A DNA stretch of 64,000 nucleotides. Origin: a virus. Taxonomy: Duplodnaviria > Heunggongvirae > Uroviricota > Caudoviricetes. Position 1 is the first letter of the stretch; every line of letters starts with the position of its first letter. Below the pieces are notes generated by a model. That model was not told the origin of the DNA. It saw nothing but the letters and a program-made list of their open reading frames with translations, and did no database searches. The stretch covers positions 58,552 to 122,551 of the IMG/VR virus record IMGVR_UViG_3300027963_000034; one strand, written 5' to 3'. A program made the translations under genes and the position numbers. Of the stretch, positions 9,874-19,087 are shown piece after piece.

Positions 9874-11317
9874 AAAATTTATTTAAGTTTAATTTGTCTT
9901 TATACAAATATAAGGAATTTAATTGAGATTTCAAAATATCTTTTCTAGCTTCCATCATATCACCAGTTCTTGCACCTTTTGCAAAAAATACTTTTGGTCT
10001 ATATAATAATTCATCGGAAATCTCACCTTTGAATGCTGCTCTTAATAATGGTTTCATATGACCATTTTCTTTCTGATATAAAGGTGGAATGTTTAAAGTA
10101 TATTCTACAAATGGTCTCCAACTATATGGTGTACGAACCTCAACAGTCCCACCCCACATGATAGATTGATTTGTAGTTAAGAAATTTGTTTTATGAACAT
10201 CTTCTACTAATTTTCTTCTAGCTTTATCATAATCTTCCGGTCTCCAATGGAACGCTTGAATATGTCCGTAACTTCCCCAAATTTCATCGGATAAATCACC
10301 GCTAAATACAACTTTGAATCCTAATTCATTTATTTTTTTACCCAATGCAATTTGAGCTATAGCAGAACCTACATTTTGCCAACGAGATTGTTCAATAACA
10401 TAAAGAGTTTCATCAATCGAATCTAATACATCTTGTTCGGTTAGTATAATTTCATGCAATTTTACACCGAATTCTTTTGCAGCAATTCTGGCGTATTTAA
10501 TGTCGTCGTTCTTTGTATCACCATCTCCCATTGAAACCACAAATGCTTCAATATTAGGGTTTATTTTTGAAAGTATATAAGTTGTTATCACCGAATCAAT
10601 ACCCCCACTTAAAATGGTGCAAATTGGGACATCAGATATCATTTTAACTTTAACCGCTTCCTCTAATAATTTTCTTATATTCTTAACAATAGTGTCTCTA
10701 TCATCATTTATAATTTCATTTGGAAGTTTATAATAAGTTTTAATTGAATGTTCTAATGTTTTATAATTGTATTCTATATAAGTTCCAGGATAAACTGCTT
10801 TAACTTGTTTTTCATACAATTCCGATATTGGTAATCCTTTCTTTTCCGAACAAAACACCAATTTACCAGTATTATCAATTGCATACCATAATGGTAATTC
10901 TCCAACATAATCTCTAACAACAAATACTTTATTAATCTTACTATCAACTATACAAAATGAAAACATACCATCCAATAGTTCAAATGATTTAGTTCCCAAT
11001 TCACAATACGCATTTAATATAATTTCCGTATCTGATTTTGTTATAAATTTTGTTTTTAGTGATTTTTTTAATTCAGTTGTTTCGGTACTATCCCAAAGTT
11101 CACCATTATAAACAATACAAACGGTTTTATCTTCGTTCCACATTGGTTGATTTGCAGCCGAAGATAAGTCCTGTATTGATAATCTATTATGTCCAACAAA
11201 GACACTATCTATTTCATCTACAATAGAAGCATCTCTACCTCTATGAATTATTTTATTTAATTGGGTATGGGTTTGCTCAAAAGAAGTAAACCAATTACCA
11301 CCTATTATTCCACACAT
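9860..11317 (-). CDS. asnB: Asparagine-synthetase-B-like glutamine amidotransferase
   Basis: N-terminal MCGI (Ntn Cys), HRG, HNRLSI, NGEL, SDTE, PP-loop LSGGIDS, SGDLSDE, EVRTPY. Confidence 0.88.
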   Translation of the reverse strand: MCGIIGGNWFTSFEQTHTQLNKIIHRGRDASIVDEIDSVFVGHNRLSIQDLSSAANQPMWNEDKTVCIVYNGELWDSTETTELKKSLKTKFITKSDTEIILNAYCELGTKSFELLDGMFSFCIVDSKINKVFVVRDYVGELPLWYAIDNTGKLVFCSEKKGLPISELYEKQVKAVYPGTYIEYNYKTLEHSIKTYYKLPNEIINDDRDTIVKNIRKLLEEAVKVKMISDVPICTILSGGIDSVITTYILSKINPNIEAFVVSMGDGDTKNDDIKYARIAAKEFGVKLHEIILTEQDVLDSIDETLYVIEQSRWQNVGSAIAQIALGKKINELGFKVVFSGDLSDEIWGSYGHIQAFHWRPEDYDKARRKLVEDVHKTNFLTTNQSIMWGGTVEVRTPYSWRPFVEYTLNIPPLYQKENGHMKPLLRAAFKGEISDELLYRPKVFFAKGARTGDMMEARKDILKSQLNSLYLYKDKLNLNKFFEYA

Positions 11318-11321
11318 ATAA

Positions 11322-11353
11322 CTAATTTACGAAAAATAATTGGATTTACCAAC
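11322..11353 (-). promoter_or_regulatory. Bacteroidota sigma70-type promoter for the asnB-GNAT-MTase unit
   Basis: Minus strand GTTG-N20-TAAATTAG ending 4 nt before the ATG. Confidence 0.5.
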
Positions 11354-11616
11354 TATTTAATTGCTTCATTTATCGCATTTACATACGCTATTTTAGATGA
11401 AAGACCACTAAATCTTTGTAACTCAATTCCATTTTTTTCAATTATCACAGTCGGTACTGAACGAACTCCGTATTGTTCCGTTACTTCACTATACTCATCA
11501 ATATCGTATTCTTCAAATTTTACATTTGAAAAATTACCTTTAATTTCATTCATTACCGGTGCTAATGCTCTACAAGGACCACACCATACTGCGCTAAACT
11601 TTTTGACTGTTACCAT
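11353..11616 (-). CDS. trxA: Thioredoxin
   Basis: WCGPC active site, VRSVPT cis-Pro motif. Confidence 0.95.
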   Translation of the reverse strand: MVTVKKFSAVWCGPCRALAPVMNEIKGNFSNVKFEEYDIDEYSEVTEQYGVRSVPTVIIEKNGIELQRFSGLSSKIAYVNAINEAIK

Positions 11617-11800
11617 TTTCTTTTTGTTTTATATTTTTATTTTCTTTTATATGTTTTGGTTCATAAGGACAATGACGGCACTTATTACCACAACAATAAC
11701 CTCTTGCCATATGATACTCTGGTGTAAATACCACTTTACCATTTTCCAAATAGTATAATGTTTCATCTTTATTATTTAACTTCACACGCACCTCCAGCAC
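11594..11800 (-). CDS. Small Cys-rich protein (DUF5522-like)
   Basis: VFT..YH..RGYCCGNKCRHCPY; GTG start overlaps the nrdJ 3' end and its exact position is uncertain. Confidence 0.7.
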   Translation of the reverse strand: MLEVRVKLNNKDETLYYLENGKVVFTPEYHMARGYCCGNKCRHCPYEPKHIKENKNIKQKENGNSQKV

Positions 11801-13628
11801 AAGCTACTTCTCCTGATAAATCGGTGTTATCTTCAAGTTCAATAACTTTACTTAAGTCAACATCATTTAATGTTTTCATTAGTTCATCATACTTTTCTTT
11901 TGTACAATCTTCAAATGGTGCTTGAATGTAAGTTCCACCGTCGTAAGGTAATACCGAAAGTCCGTTGTAATATTCTTTATTTTCCCACATCCACGCGCCA
12001 ACTGCATCCCATTCATGTTCTCTAATAGAAATAGTTGCAGATACATTATGAGAGTTATTTCCAGTTCTATGACCTGGTTTAATCCATTCACCATGTACTC
12101 TTTTAACTCTTTCCAATAATTGGATAGGTGATTCGGTTCTAAAAATTGCGTTATCTGGTGCTTTTTGTGGAATACCAATTACTGCCGTATCATGTGGTCT
12201 AAAATATTCATCTTCTACTAATTCTGGATGATTTAATAATAAGTGAGAATATATTGATTCATTTTTACCAACTCTAACTCTTCTAATATAAAAATCATTA
12301 TGCCAAGCGTGAATACCACTACTAGTCCCCAATGTTAAAGATGTAGTTCCAGCTGGTTTAACTGTCGTAGTTCTTGCGGAATGGTTAATTCCCATTATAT
12401 CCGCTAATCTTTTATTTTCTTCTTTAACTACCTTTGCTGCATCTTTCATATTTAATTTCAATACTGCGCCGCTTCCGATGCCTGTCATAGATACACCAAT
12501 AAGTGCATCCTTTTCAGTTGTTCTTTGCCAGATTGGACGAAGGTAATGGAAATCGGTATAACCTGCTTGTAATGTTCCGATGAATGATGCTGCTTTAACT
12601 CTTGCATTCAAATCATCCTGGTCAACTACATCACTTACATTCACTTCACATAAGTTACAAAATTGGAAAGGTCTTAATGCAATCTCACAACAAGGATTAG
12701 TTCCCCAATCTTTATCATTTGATAAATAGATACCAGGTTCACCTGCACCACTTGCTTCAATTCGTTTCCAAAGGTCTAAAAAATATGTTTTTGTAATTTT
12801 ATGTCTCATCAAAACTGCTGAATTATTTGCTCTACCTCTTTGTGGATTTGTTTCCCACCATGCACCACTCTTACAACTAATCATTTGTTCGTCATTTGCA
12901 GAGAACAATGAAATTAATGCAGCTCTACGGATACCACCTGCTAATACTGCATCTGCAATATGACAAATGATATCATGCACTTCAATCGGTTTTAATTTAT
13001 CACCGTCTTTGTGTGAATCAAATATACCTTCAATCTTAATCAAGCATTCTTTTAATGGTTGAGGTCCTGGTGCTTTACCACCTGATGTAATCAATCTTGC
13101 ACCCTTTGCTCTAATATCTCTAAAATCAAATTGAGGTTTGCTCCCGCCAAAGAAATACGCTTTAATCAATACCGAAACTGCATCAGCCCATCCTTCGATA
13201 GAATCTCCAATAAGGAATCTTCTTGTTTTATCTGGATTTGGTTTTCTAATTTCAGGAAGTGCATCAACGTGATGTTTTTGTACTGAATAACCAACACCTG
13301 TTCCGCCTAAAAGTAAGAACATGATTTCAGAGAATACTCTCCAATCATCGGCAGGTGCAAATGCACAATTGTAAATTCTATTTGGACTAATTTCAATTGG
13401 TTTACCTGCAAACTGCATTGAACGCATTGATGGTAATACCTTTTTATCATATACAAATTTATAATTCTCTCTAATTTCTTCTTCTAATTGTGGGTACTTT
13501 TTAATATGCATATCCATATTACGGGTAACCAACTCTTCCCATGTTTCTCTTCTTTTTAATTCCGGCCTGAATTTCGCGTACTTCATATAGACCGTAATGT
13601 CAGATAAAATTCTTTGTGAAATGTCCAT
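11772..13628 (-). CDS. nrdJ: Class II (adenosylcobalamin-dependent) ribonucleotide reductase, monomeric type
   Basis: NCAF, GGTGVG, GGIRRAA, TNPCCEI, TTVKPAGT, C-terminal ACAGGACE; no NrdB partner. Confidence 0.9.
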   Translation of the reverse strand: MDISQRILSDITVYMKYAKFRPELKRRETWEELVTRNMDMHIKKYPQLEEEIRENYKFVYDKKVLPSMRSMQFAGKPIEISPNRIYNCAFAPADDWRVFSEIMFLLLGGTGVGYSVQKHHVDALPEIRKPNPDKTRRFLIGDSIEGWADAVSVLIKAYFFGGSKPQFDFRDIRAKGARLITSGGKAPGPQPLKECLIKIEGIFDSHKDGDKLKPIEVHDIICHIADAVLAGGIRRAALISLFSANDEQMISCKSGAWWETNPQRGRANNSAVLMRHKITKTYFLDLWKRIEASGAGEPGIYLSNDKDWGTNPCCEIALRPFQFCNLCEVNVSDVVDQDDLNARVKAASFIGTLQAGYTDFHYLRPIWQRTTEKDALIGVSMTGIGSGAVLKLNMKDAAKVVKEENKRLADIMGINHSARTTTVKPAGTTSLTLGTSSGIHAWHNDFYIRRVRVGKNESIYSHLLLNHPELVEDEYFRPHDTAVIGIPQKAPDNAIFRTESPIQLLERVKRVHGEWIKPGHRTGNNSHNVSATISIREHEWDAVGAWMWENKEYYNGLSVLPYDGGTYIQAPFEDCTKEKYDELMKTLNDVDLSKVIELEDNTDLSGEVACAGGACEVK

Positions 13629-13792
13629 TGTTTTGTGTAAATTTTTAATTTTTGTGAATAAATATTTTCCCTAAAAAAGTGGGAAATGTAAAGATATATA
13701 TGGAGTCTACCCCCATTATGCTTCAATTTCTTTAGTTAATTTTAGGTTTTTTTTAAAAATATTTATTAACACTTTTTTTATTTTTTTAATAC

Positions 13793-15151
13793 TTATCCCA
13801 TATTCTCTACATACTTCTTATGTAGTAATTTTTTCTCTAATCCTTCTCCATTTTTACTATCTCTAGTTGATGCCATACCATCTATTGATGTCGCTGCAAA
13901 CACATCCATTGTACCTGTAAATGTATCAATTTTTGCAGGGAATGTTAAACCATCAGGACCAAATCTATTTTTAACGATGTGAATACGGCCTGTGTTTGAT
14001 AATTTATCTTTAGTCTTTCTACTCACACTCATAATGAAATCTGCAGTTTGTACTTTCTTATATGAATCACCTACCGAATCCGCTCCAATAACTTCGTGGT
14101 CTATTGCTGCTCTATTCGTTTGTGTTGCTGTCCAAACCGGGATAAGTGTTTCACCACTCAAACCTCTTAACTCCTCATATATCCCACCTAATTCAGCATA
14201 AAGACCATCCCTGTTGCCATTTCCACTCTTTAATAAATCCGCGTAATCAATAATGATAAGTTTTGGTTTAAATCCGGTTTGTTTTATCTTTTCAATATGA
14301 GCTGCAATTGTTTTAGCAGATGCAAATTGTGGTGGATAATACTTAATACGAACTCTACCTGGAACTTGCTTTACCTTTCTGATAATCTCATCCTTTCTAT
14401 CTTTTTGGTCAGTTGTTGGGATACCTGTTAAGATTGTAATGTATCTTTGTCCTACATAACTTTCTGATAATTCCAATGTATAATGTAATACATCAATACC
14501 TCTTTCCAATGCAGAACAAGCTATTTTAGATAAGAACCAACTTTTACCGATACCCGATGGAGCCATTACTACTCCCAATTCACCGGGGCCTAAACCGCCA
14601 TCCATTAATTCATCAATTACTTTCCATCCAGTAGGACAAGAATCTCTTTTAACATTTTCTAATATAGTTTCAAAATTTTCAATAAAATCCAAACCTAAAT
14701 CAGATTCAACACCCACTTTGGATGCCTTCATCATTGTATCTATAATTTGTTCGTATTGTCCGTTTTTAAGTAAGTCTACCGATTTGAATAATGCTTCTTT
14801 AACCTTTTGGTTTTTACAAAATGTTAAATACTCCTTTTTTACATACGGCATATCTTCTGCACCAACCTGTAAATAAACATTCTTTAATTGTTCTACTACC
14901 GTCTGTTTTAATCCCTTATCCTCTATTCCCCCAACTTTAATTTTAAACACTTCCATTGTAGGAACTGCTCTATACTCATCAAAGTAATGTTGGACTTCAC
15001 CTATAATCCATTGGTTTGCTTGAGATTCAAAAAATGCAGGTTTTGTAATTTCACCGACTTGTTCTAAAAATTTAACATCCGTGATAAGTGCAGCTACAAC
15101 TTTAGATTGATAACTCTGGCCATATTTGACGAGTGTATCTACTTCTTGCAT
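13793..15151 (-). CDS. Replicative DnaB-like helicase (T4 gp41-like)
   Basis: APSGIGKS, LELSE, IIDYADLL, TATQTNR, KNRFG. Confidence 0.93.
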   Translation of the reverse strand: MQEVDTLVKYGQSYQSKVVAALITDVKFLEQVGEITKPAFFESQANQWIIGEVQHYFDEYRAVPTMEVFKIKVGGIEDKGLKQTVVEQLKNVYLQVGAEDMPYVKKEYLTFCKNQKVKEALFKSVDLLKNGQYEQIIDTMMKASKVGVESDLGLDFIENFETILENVKRDSCPTGWKVIDELMDGGLGPGELGVVMAPSGIGKSWFLSKIACSALERGIDVLHYTLELSESYVGQRYITILTGIPTTDQKDRKDEIIRKVKQVPGRVRIKYYPPQFASAKTIAAHIEKIKQTGFKPKLIIIDYADLLKSGNGNRDGLYAELGGIYEELRGLSGETLIPVWTATQTNRAAIDHEVIGADSVGDSYKKVQTADFIMSVSRKTKDKLSNTGRIHIVKNRFGPDGLTFPAKIDTFTGTMDVFAATSIDGMASTRDSKNGEGLEKKLLHKKYVENMG

Positions 15152-15360
15152 TACTTATCTTTTTTCTTTTTGCTTAATTGTTTTTCTGCGATTGTTTTTT
15201 CTTGTACTTCTACAACTATTTCTACTTCTTTTTTAGCAGGCCTTCTATCTGCTTTCCACTCACTTTTTGGAATAAACTTCCATTCACTTGTTGCGTTGTA
15301 AGCTTCTTTATCACTTACTCTAATAATGTTTCCTGTTTTTGTACTTTTAAGACACTTCAT
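15151..15360 (-). CDS. Small basic hypothetical protein
   Basis: 69 aa ORF translationally coupled to the helicase (TAATG). Confidence 0.65.
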   Translation of the reverse strand: MKCLKSTKTGNIIRVSDKEAYNATSEWKFIPKSEWKADRRPAKKEVEIVVEVQEKTIAEKQLSKKKKDK

Positions 15361-15382
15361 TGTTGACCTCCATGTTTTTATG

Positions 15383-15709
15383 TTATCTAATAACCATTAA
15401 TAATTCTGATTCTCTTAATAGAAGGTATTTATTACCACCTACTTTAATTTCTACTCCCTGATGATATGGTGGAAGAATTACCTCATCACCTACTTTTACA
15501 CTCATTGGAATTGCTACACCAGCTTGTGTGAATAATCCATCACCAACTGCTTCTACTTTTGCTCTTTTTACATCTTCTGATTTTGCACTATCCGGAATAA
15601 TAATTCCATATGCAGTTGTTGAAGCTTCTGCTTCGATTTCCGTTAGAAGAACTCTATCTCCTAGTGGTTTTGCTAACTTGTCTGCCACGCTTTCTGTTAC
15701 TTTTGCCAT
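15383..15709 (-). CDS. groES: Co-chaperonin GroES
   Basis: KPLGDRVL, GIIIPDSAK, VEAVGDG, VKVGD, LLRESELL. Confidence 0.95.
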   Translation of the reverse strand: MAKVTESVADKLAKPLGDRVLLTEIEAEASTTAYGIIIPDSAKSEDVKRAKVEAVGDGLFTQAGVAIPMSVKVGDEVILPPYHQGVEIKVGGNKYLLLRESELLMVIR

Positions 15710-15716
15710 AACTTTT

Positions 15717-16775
15717 TTAAAATTTATTTATATGTGAAAATGTTGATTGTAACCAATCATTTATATCTTTAAACCCATCTAAAACTCCATTTTTTAAACT
15801 CGTTTTTAAGAAACTTTGTTTATCAAACTTTGCAGTTGGTTCGTTATATCTATCCATAATTTTCATTCGAAGATTACCACTAAATGTTGGTTCTGCTAAC
15901 TGCATCAATTTACGATTTCTTTCGCAAATTTCCAAATTATTTAAGAATAATTCATGTGCTTTTGATTTTTTAGGTAATGTATTTACATAATTAACCATAT
16001 CGGTAGTATCAACTAATTGGTGTTCTACTAACATTGGAAATGCTTTTATAATTGATTTAATACCTAACCCGTTAATACCTGCAACATTGTCGGATTTATC
16101 TCCGTCAATCATTCTGAAATTTATAAAATTATGTGGATGAATACCAAATTCCTCAACTACTTCTGGAATATTATATATTTTCTTCTTTGATGGTGAATAT
16201 ACACTTACATCTTTATTTACTAATTGAAGAAAATCCTTATCAGAGCTCATTATTACAACCTTTTCGTTTTCTTGTCGTAGGGTTGTAGCAATATAAGCCA
16301 TAACATCGTCTGCTTCAATTCCATCATAAATCATAATGGAAACGGGTAATGATGAAAGTAGTTCACCCAATGCAGACATTTGTCTTTTCATTGAGGCACT
16401 CTCTTCTTCTGGATTCATTTCAATAGTTGCAGCTCGATTCAATCTCATTTTGATTTTGTTCTTACCTCTCTCCGATTTGTAACCAGAATATATGTCTTGT
16501 CTGCTTTTGTTTCCACCCTTACCATCGAATACTATTACAACTCGTGTTGGGTTAATTGTACGGATTGCAAAGCCGATACTTTTTAAAGTACCGACTATGC
16601 CTCCAATATGGTCACCATTATCGTTAAGATTTGGTGCTGTTGACCAAGAACGAATGAAGGTATTAAGACCATCAATAACTAAAGTTTTTGAATTTCTTTG
16701 CAAATCTCCAAATCCTTTATGTTCTTCATCTATTTGTTTTAGTATATCTAAATACTTCTTATTAATCTGACTCAT
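15717..16775 (-). CDS. 5'-3' exonuclease / flap endonuclease (T4 RNase H-like)
   Basis: IDGLN, VFDG, YKSER, EADD, SSDKDFLQ, GDKSDN, G.GIK H3TH. Confidence 0.93.
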   Translation of the reverse strand: MSQINKKYLDILKQIDEEHKGFGDLQRNSKTLVIDGLNTFIRSWSTAPNLNDNGDHIGGIVGTLKSIGFAIRTINPTRVVIVFDGKGGNKSRQDIYSGYKSERGKNKIKMRLNRAATIEMNPEEESASMKRQMSALGELLSSLPVSIMIYDGIEADDVMAYIATTLRQENEKVVIMSSDKDFLQLVNKDVSVYSPSKKKIYNIPEVVEEFGIHPHNFINFRMIDGDKSDNVAGINGLGIKSIIKAFPMLVEHQLVDTTDMVNYVNTLPKKSKAHELFLNNLEICERNRKLMQLAEPTFSGNLRMKIMDRYNEPTAKFDKQSFLKTSLKNGVLDGFKDINDWLQSTFSHINKF

Positions 16776-17868
16776 TTGCTTCGTCCGTTGTTACTTCAAC
16801 TTCATCCGAATTGGAATTGTTCTTGTATAATAATATTGTTGCCTCACAAATCCTTACATAGATTTGGTCTTTTAGTTCTTGATTTTCAAGCATCTTTGGA
16901 AAATCCTTTGATTGAAACTTCATAACTTCGCCACTATCAATGTCGATGTATTCATACCAAGCTCCTGCTTGCTTTACAATTTTGGCGTCTTTCATTACTG
17001 CTAACCATCCACCATAATTGTCAATACCTCTATCAAAGAAAATGTCAAAGTCTGCATGTCGTAATGGTGGGCCCATTCGGTTTTTAATAACCTGACAACG
17101 AACTTTGATACCTACGATTCTATCACCGGCTTTAAGTTGGCCCATATTCTTTAATCTCAATCTAACCGAAGCATGAAATGCAAGTGCTTTACCACCGGAT
17201 GTTGTCCAAGGGTCACCGAACATTGCGTTCATTTTCTGTCTTAATTGATTTGTGAATACTAATGCAATTGATTGACGACCAATCATATTGGTAATCTTTC
17301 TCATTGCTTTTGAAATGATAATTGCCTTATCAGTTGCGTAACCATCTTTATCGTAATCGGCTTCCATCTCTTTCTTTGAAGATGCTGCTGCTACTGAATC
17401 GACTACAATTGTAACTAATCTATCTTTGTCTCCTGTTCTAACCTTTTCAATAATTGTTTCACATGCTTCAAAAATACCTTCGACGGTGTCAACTGAAACA
17501 TATAATAGTTTTGAAATATCTACTCCGATTGCTTCTAAATATTCTCTACTTACCGCAGTTTCGGTATCAATCAATACGGCTACTCCACCTTTACGTTGTG
17601 TTTCCGCAAGAATATGAGCGGAGAGCAGAGATTTTCCACTCTGCTCTAAACCCGTAATCTCACATATACGTCCAACCGGGAAGCCACCATAAGGTCTATT
17701 AGAGATTGCAACATCCAACATAGCATTACCAGTTGAAATCCAATCTTTAACATTGGTAGGAGCATCACCACCTTCATCAGTTAGAAAGTAGGCAATCTTA
17801 CCATCCTTATTTTGTTTGTTTAATGAATCAGCAAGAATACTTGCTAAATCCTCTTCTCTTTTGGCCAT
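16762..17868 (-). CDS. recA: RecA/UvsX recombinase
   Basis: GLEQSGKS, IDTE, VVDSVAA, FTNQLR, SGGKAL.FHASVR, KNR, QAGAWY. Confidence 0.95.
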   Translation of the reverse strand: MAKREEDLASILADSLNKQNKDGKIAYFLTDEGGDAPTNVKDWISTGNAMLDVAISNRPYGGFPVGRICEITGLEQSGKSLLSAHILAETQRKGGVAVLIDTETAVSREYLEAIGVDISKLLYVSVDTVEGIFEACETIIEKVRTGDKDRLVTIVVDSVAAASSKKEMEADYDKDGYATDKAIIISKAMRKITNMIGRQSIALVFTNQLRQKMNAMFGDPWTTSGGKALAFHASVRLRLKNMGQLKAGDRIVGIKVRCQVIKNRMGPPLRHADFDIFFDRGIDNYGGWLAVMKDAKIVKQAGAWYEYIDIDSGEVMKFQSKDFPKMLENQELKDQIYVRICEATILLYKNNSNSDEVEVTTDEANESD

Positions 17869-17881
17869 TGTAACCTAATTA

Positions 17882-18730
17882 TTAATTGTTAAATAAATCA
17901 TCAAATGCTGATGCTACATCATCCTTTGCTTTTGGAGCTTCATCCTTTTCCCAAGGTAAGTCACCAATTTCCTGAGTACCACCTAAATCAGTTGATACCG
18001 ATGATTGCTTTTGTGCAACTGGTTGTGCTTTTGGTTTCGGTGCTTCTAATTCTTCAACAATATCATCGCTTCCAATTGCTGCTGATGGGTTTAACCAATT
18101 TTCTAAAACTGACTTTAATTCTGCGTAAGATAACTCCTGATATAATTCAGTAATTTCTTTTTGACCATCTAACAATTGTTGGATAGCTTCTGGAGAATCT
18201 GCTAATTTAGATGTTGCAGGTTTAACTCTGATTGTTGTTGTTGGATAAGATGCGTTAGACTCTTCTGCTGACATTACTTCCAATACGATATCTCTACCTG
18301 TGTTTGGGTCTGTAATATCTCCGTAATCAGGGTCTGCAATATATCCTAAAATATCTTGATAAACTGTCTTACCGAATCCCCAGAATTTTACTCCTTCCGA
18401 TTCTTTACCTCTTACTATAACTGGTACAAAAGTTCTTAACTTTGGTTCCATTTTCTTACCTGCTTTCCAATCATCGGTATCACCTGTTCTTTTAAGTTTT
18501 TCTGCAAACTCAACGATAGGGTCAGGTCTACCAAATGACATAGGACTCAAATAAGTTTTGTTGTTAATGTTGTAGTGAAAGTAAAGTTCAATGAAAGGAA
18601 TGTCTTTGTTGAACTTGTAAGGAACGATTCTCACTTGAGATTTTCCGTTAGCCGGTTTGTAGATTGAATCCGACTTTTTAGTGTTGTTTTGTAAAGAGCT
18701 AAATCTCTTTAATGCCAATGAAATGTCCAT
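17882..18730 (-). CDS. Single-stranded DNA-binding protein (T4 gp32-like)
   Basis: VRIVP, FHY, VKFWGFG, DITDP..GRD, acidic tail ending FDDLFNN; adjacent to recA. Confidence 0.85.
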   Translation of the reverse strand: MDISLALKRFSSLQNNTKKSDSIYKPANGKSQVRIVPYKFNKDIPFIELYFHYNINNKTYLSPMSFGRPDPIVEFAEKLKRTGDTDDWKAGKKMEPKLRTFVPVIVRGKESEGVKFWGFGKTVYQDILGYIADPDYGDITDPNTGRDIVLEVMSAEESNASYPTTTIRVKPATSKLADSPEAIQQLLDGQKEITELYQELSYAELKSVLENWLNPSAAIGSDDIVEELEAPKPKAQPVAQKQSSVSTDLGGTQEIGDLPWEKDEAPKAKDDVASAFDDLFNN

Positions 18731-18827
18731 TGTTTTTTTGTTTTTAAGGTTTAAAATTTGTTTTTAAAGTTGAGGTTTATATCGCGATATTCCTATATCT
18801 AAATATAACTTTTTCATCTTTTATTAC

Positions 18828-18861
18828 TATAAATATACAACTATTTTTCCACTTTTCCAAA
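18828..18861 (-). promoter_or_regulatory. Composite promoter (sigma70-type overlapping late motif)
   Basis: Minus strand TTTG-N20-TATATTTATA upstream of the SSB gene. Confidence 0.6.
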
Positions 18862-18862
18862 T

Positions 18863-19087
18863 TTATTTTTGGAGGTTTTCTACCTTGCGATTTAGATAAA
18901 ATATAGCTTTTTTTAAGTCTTCCAGTTCTTTTTTGGGGTCTTTTTTACCTGCTCTTGCCACATATTTAACGACATTGAACAAATATGCATCTTTATCCAA
19001 TCCCCATGCTTCGCATACTTTAATTACTTCGTATGGATTGTCTACTCCCCCATAATGTTGAGGGCCGTTAACCATTTCTGCTGCCAT
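18863..19087 (-). CDS. DUF3310 / T7 gp1.7-like protein
   Basis: VN.P.HY, E.I, NVVKYV.RAGKK, EDLKKA..YL. Confidence 0.85.
   Translation of the reverse strand: MAAEMVNGPQHYGGVDNPYEVIKVCEAWGLDKDAYLFNVVKYVARAGKKDPKKELEDLKKAIFYLNRKVENLQK

Noticed and set aside
9860-11317. Lasso-peptide cyclase or QueC/7-deazaguanine pathway
   Set aside because: The glutaminase Cys is intact, there is no precursor peptide or B protein, and no folE, queD, queE or dpdA genes are in the window
13629-13792. Possible cobalamin riboswitch upstream of nrdJ (small TTTCCC/GGGAAA hairpin at 13666-13686)
   Set aside because: The region is short and very AT-rich, with no B12-box or conserved core on the transcribed strand
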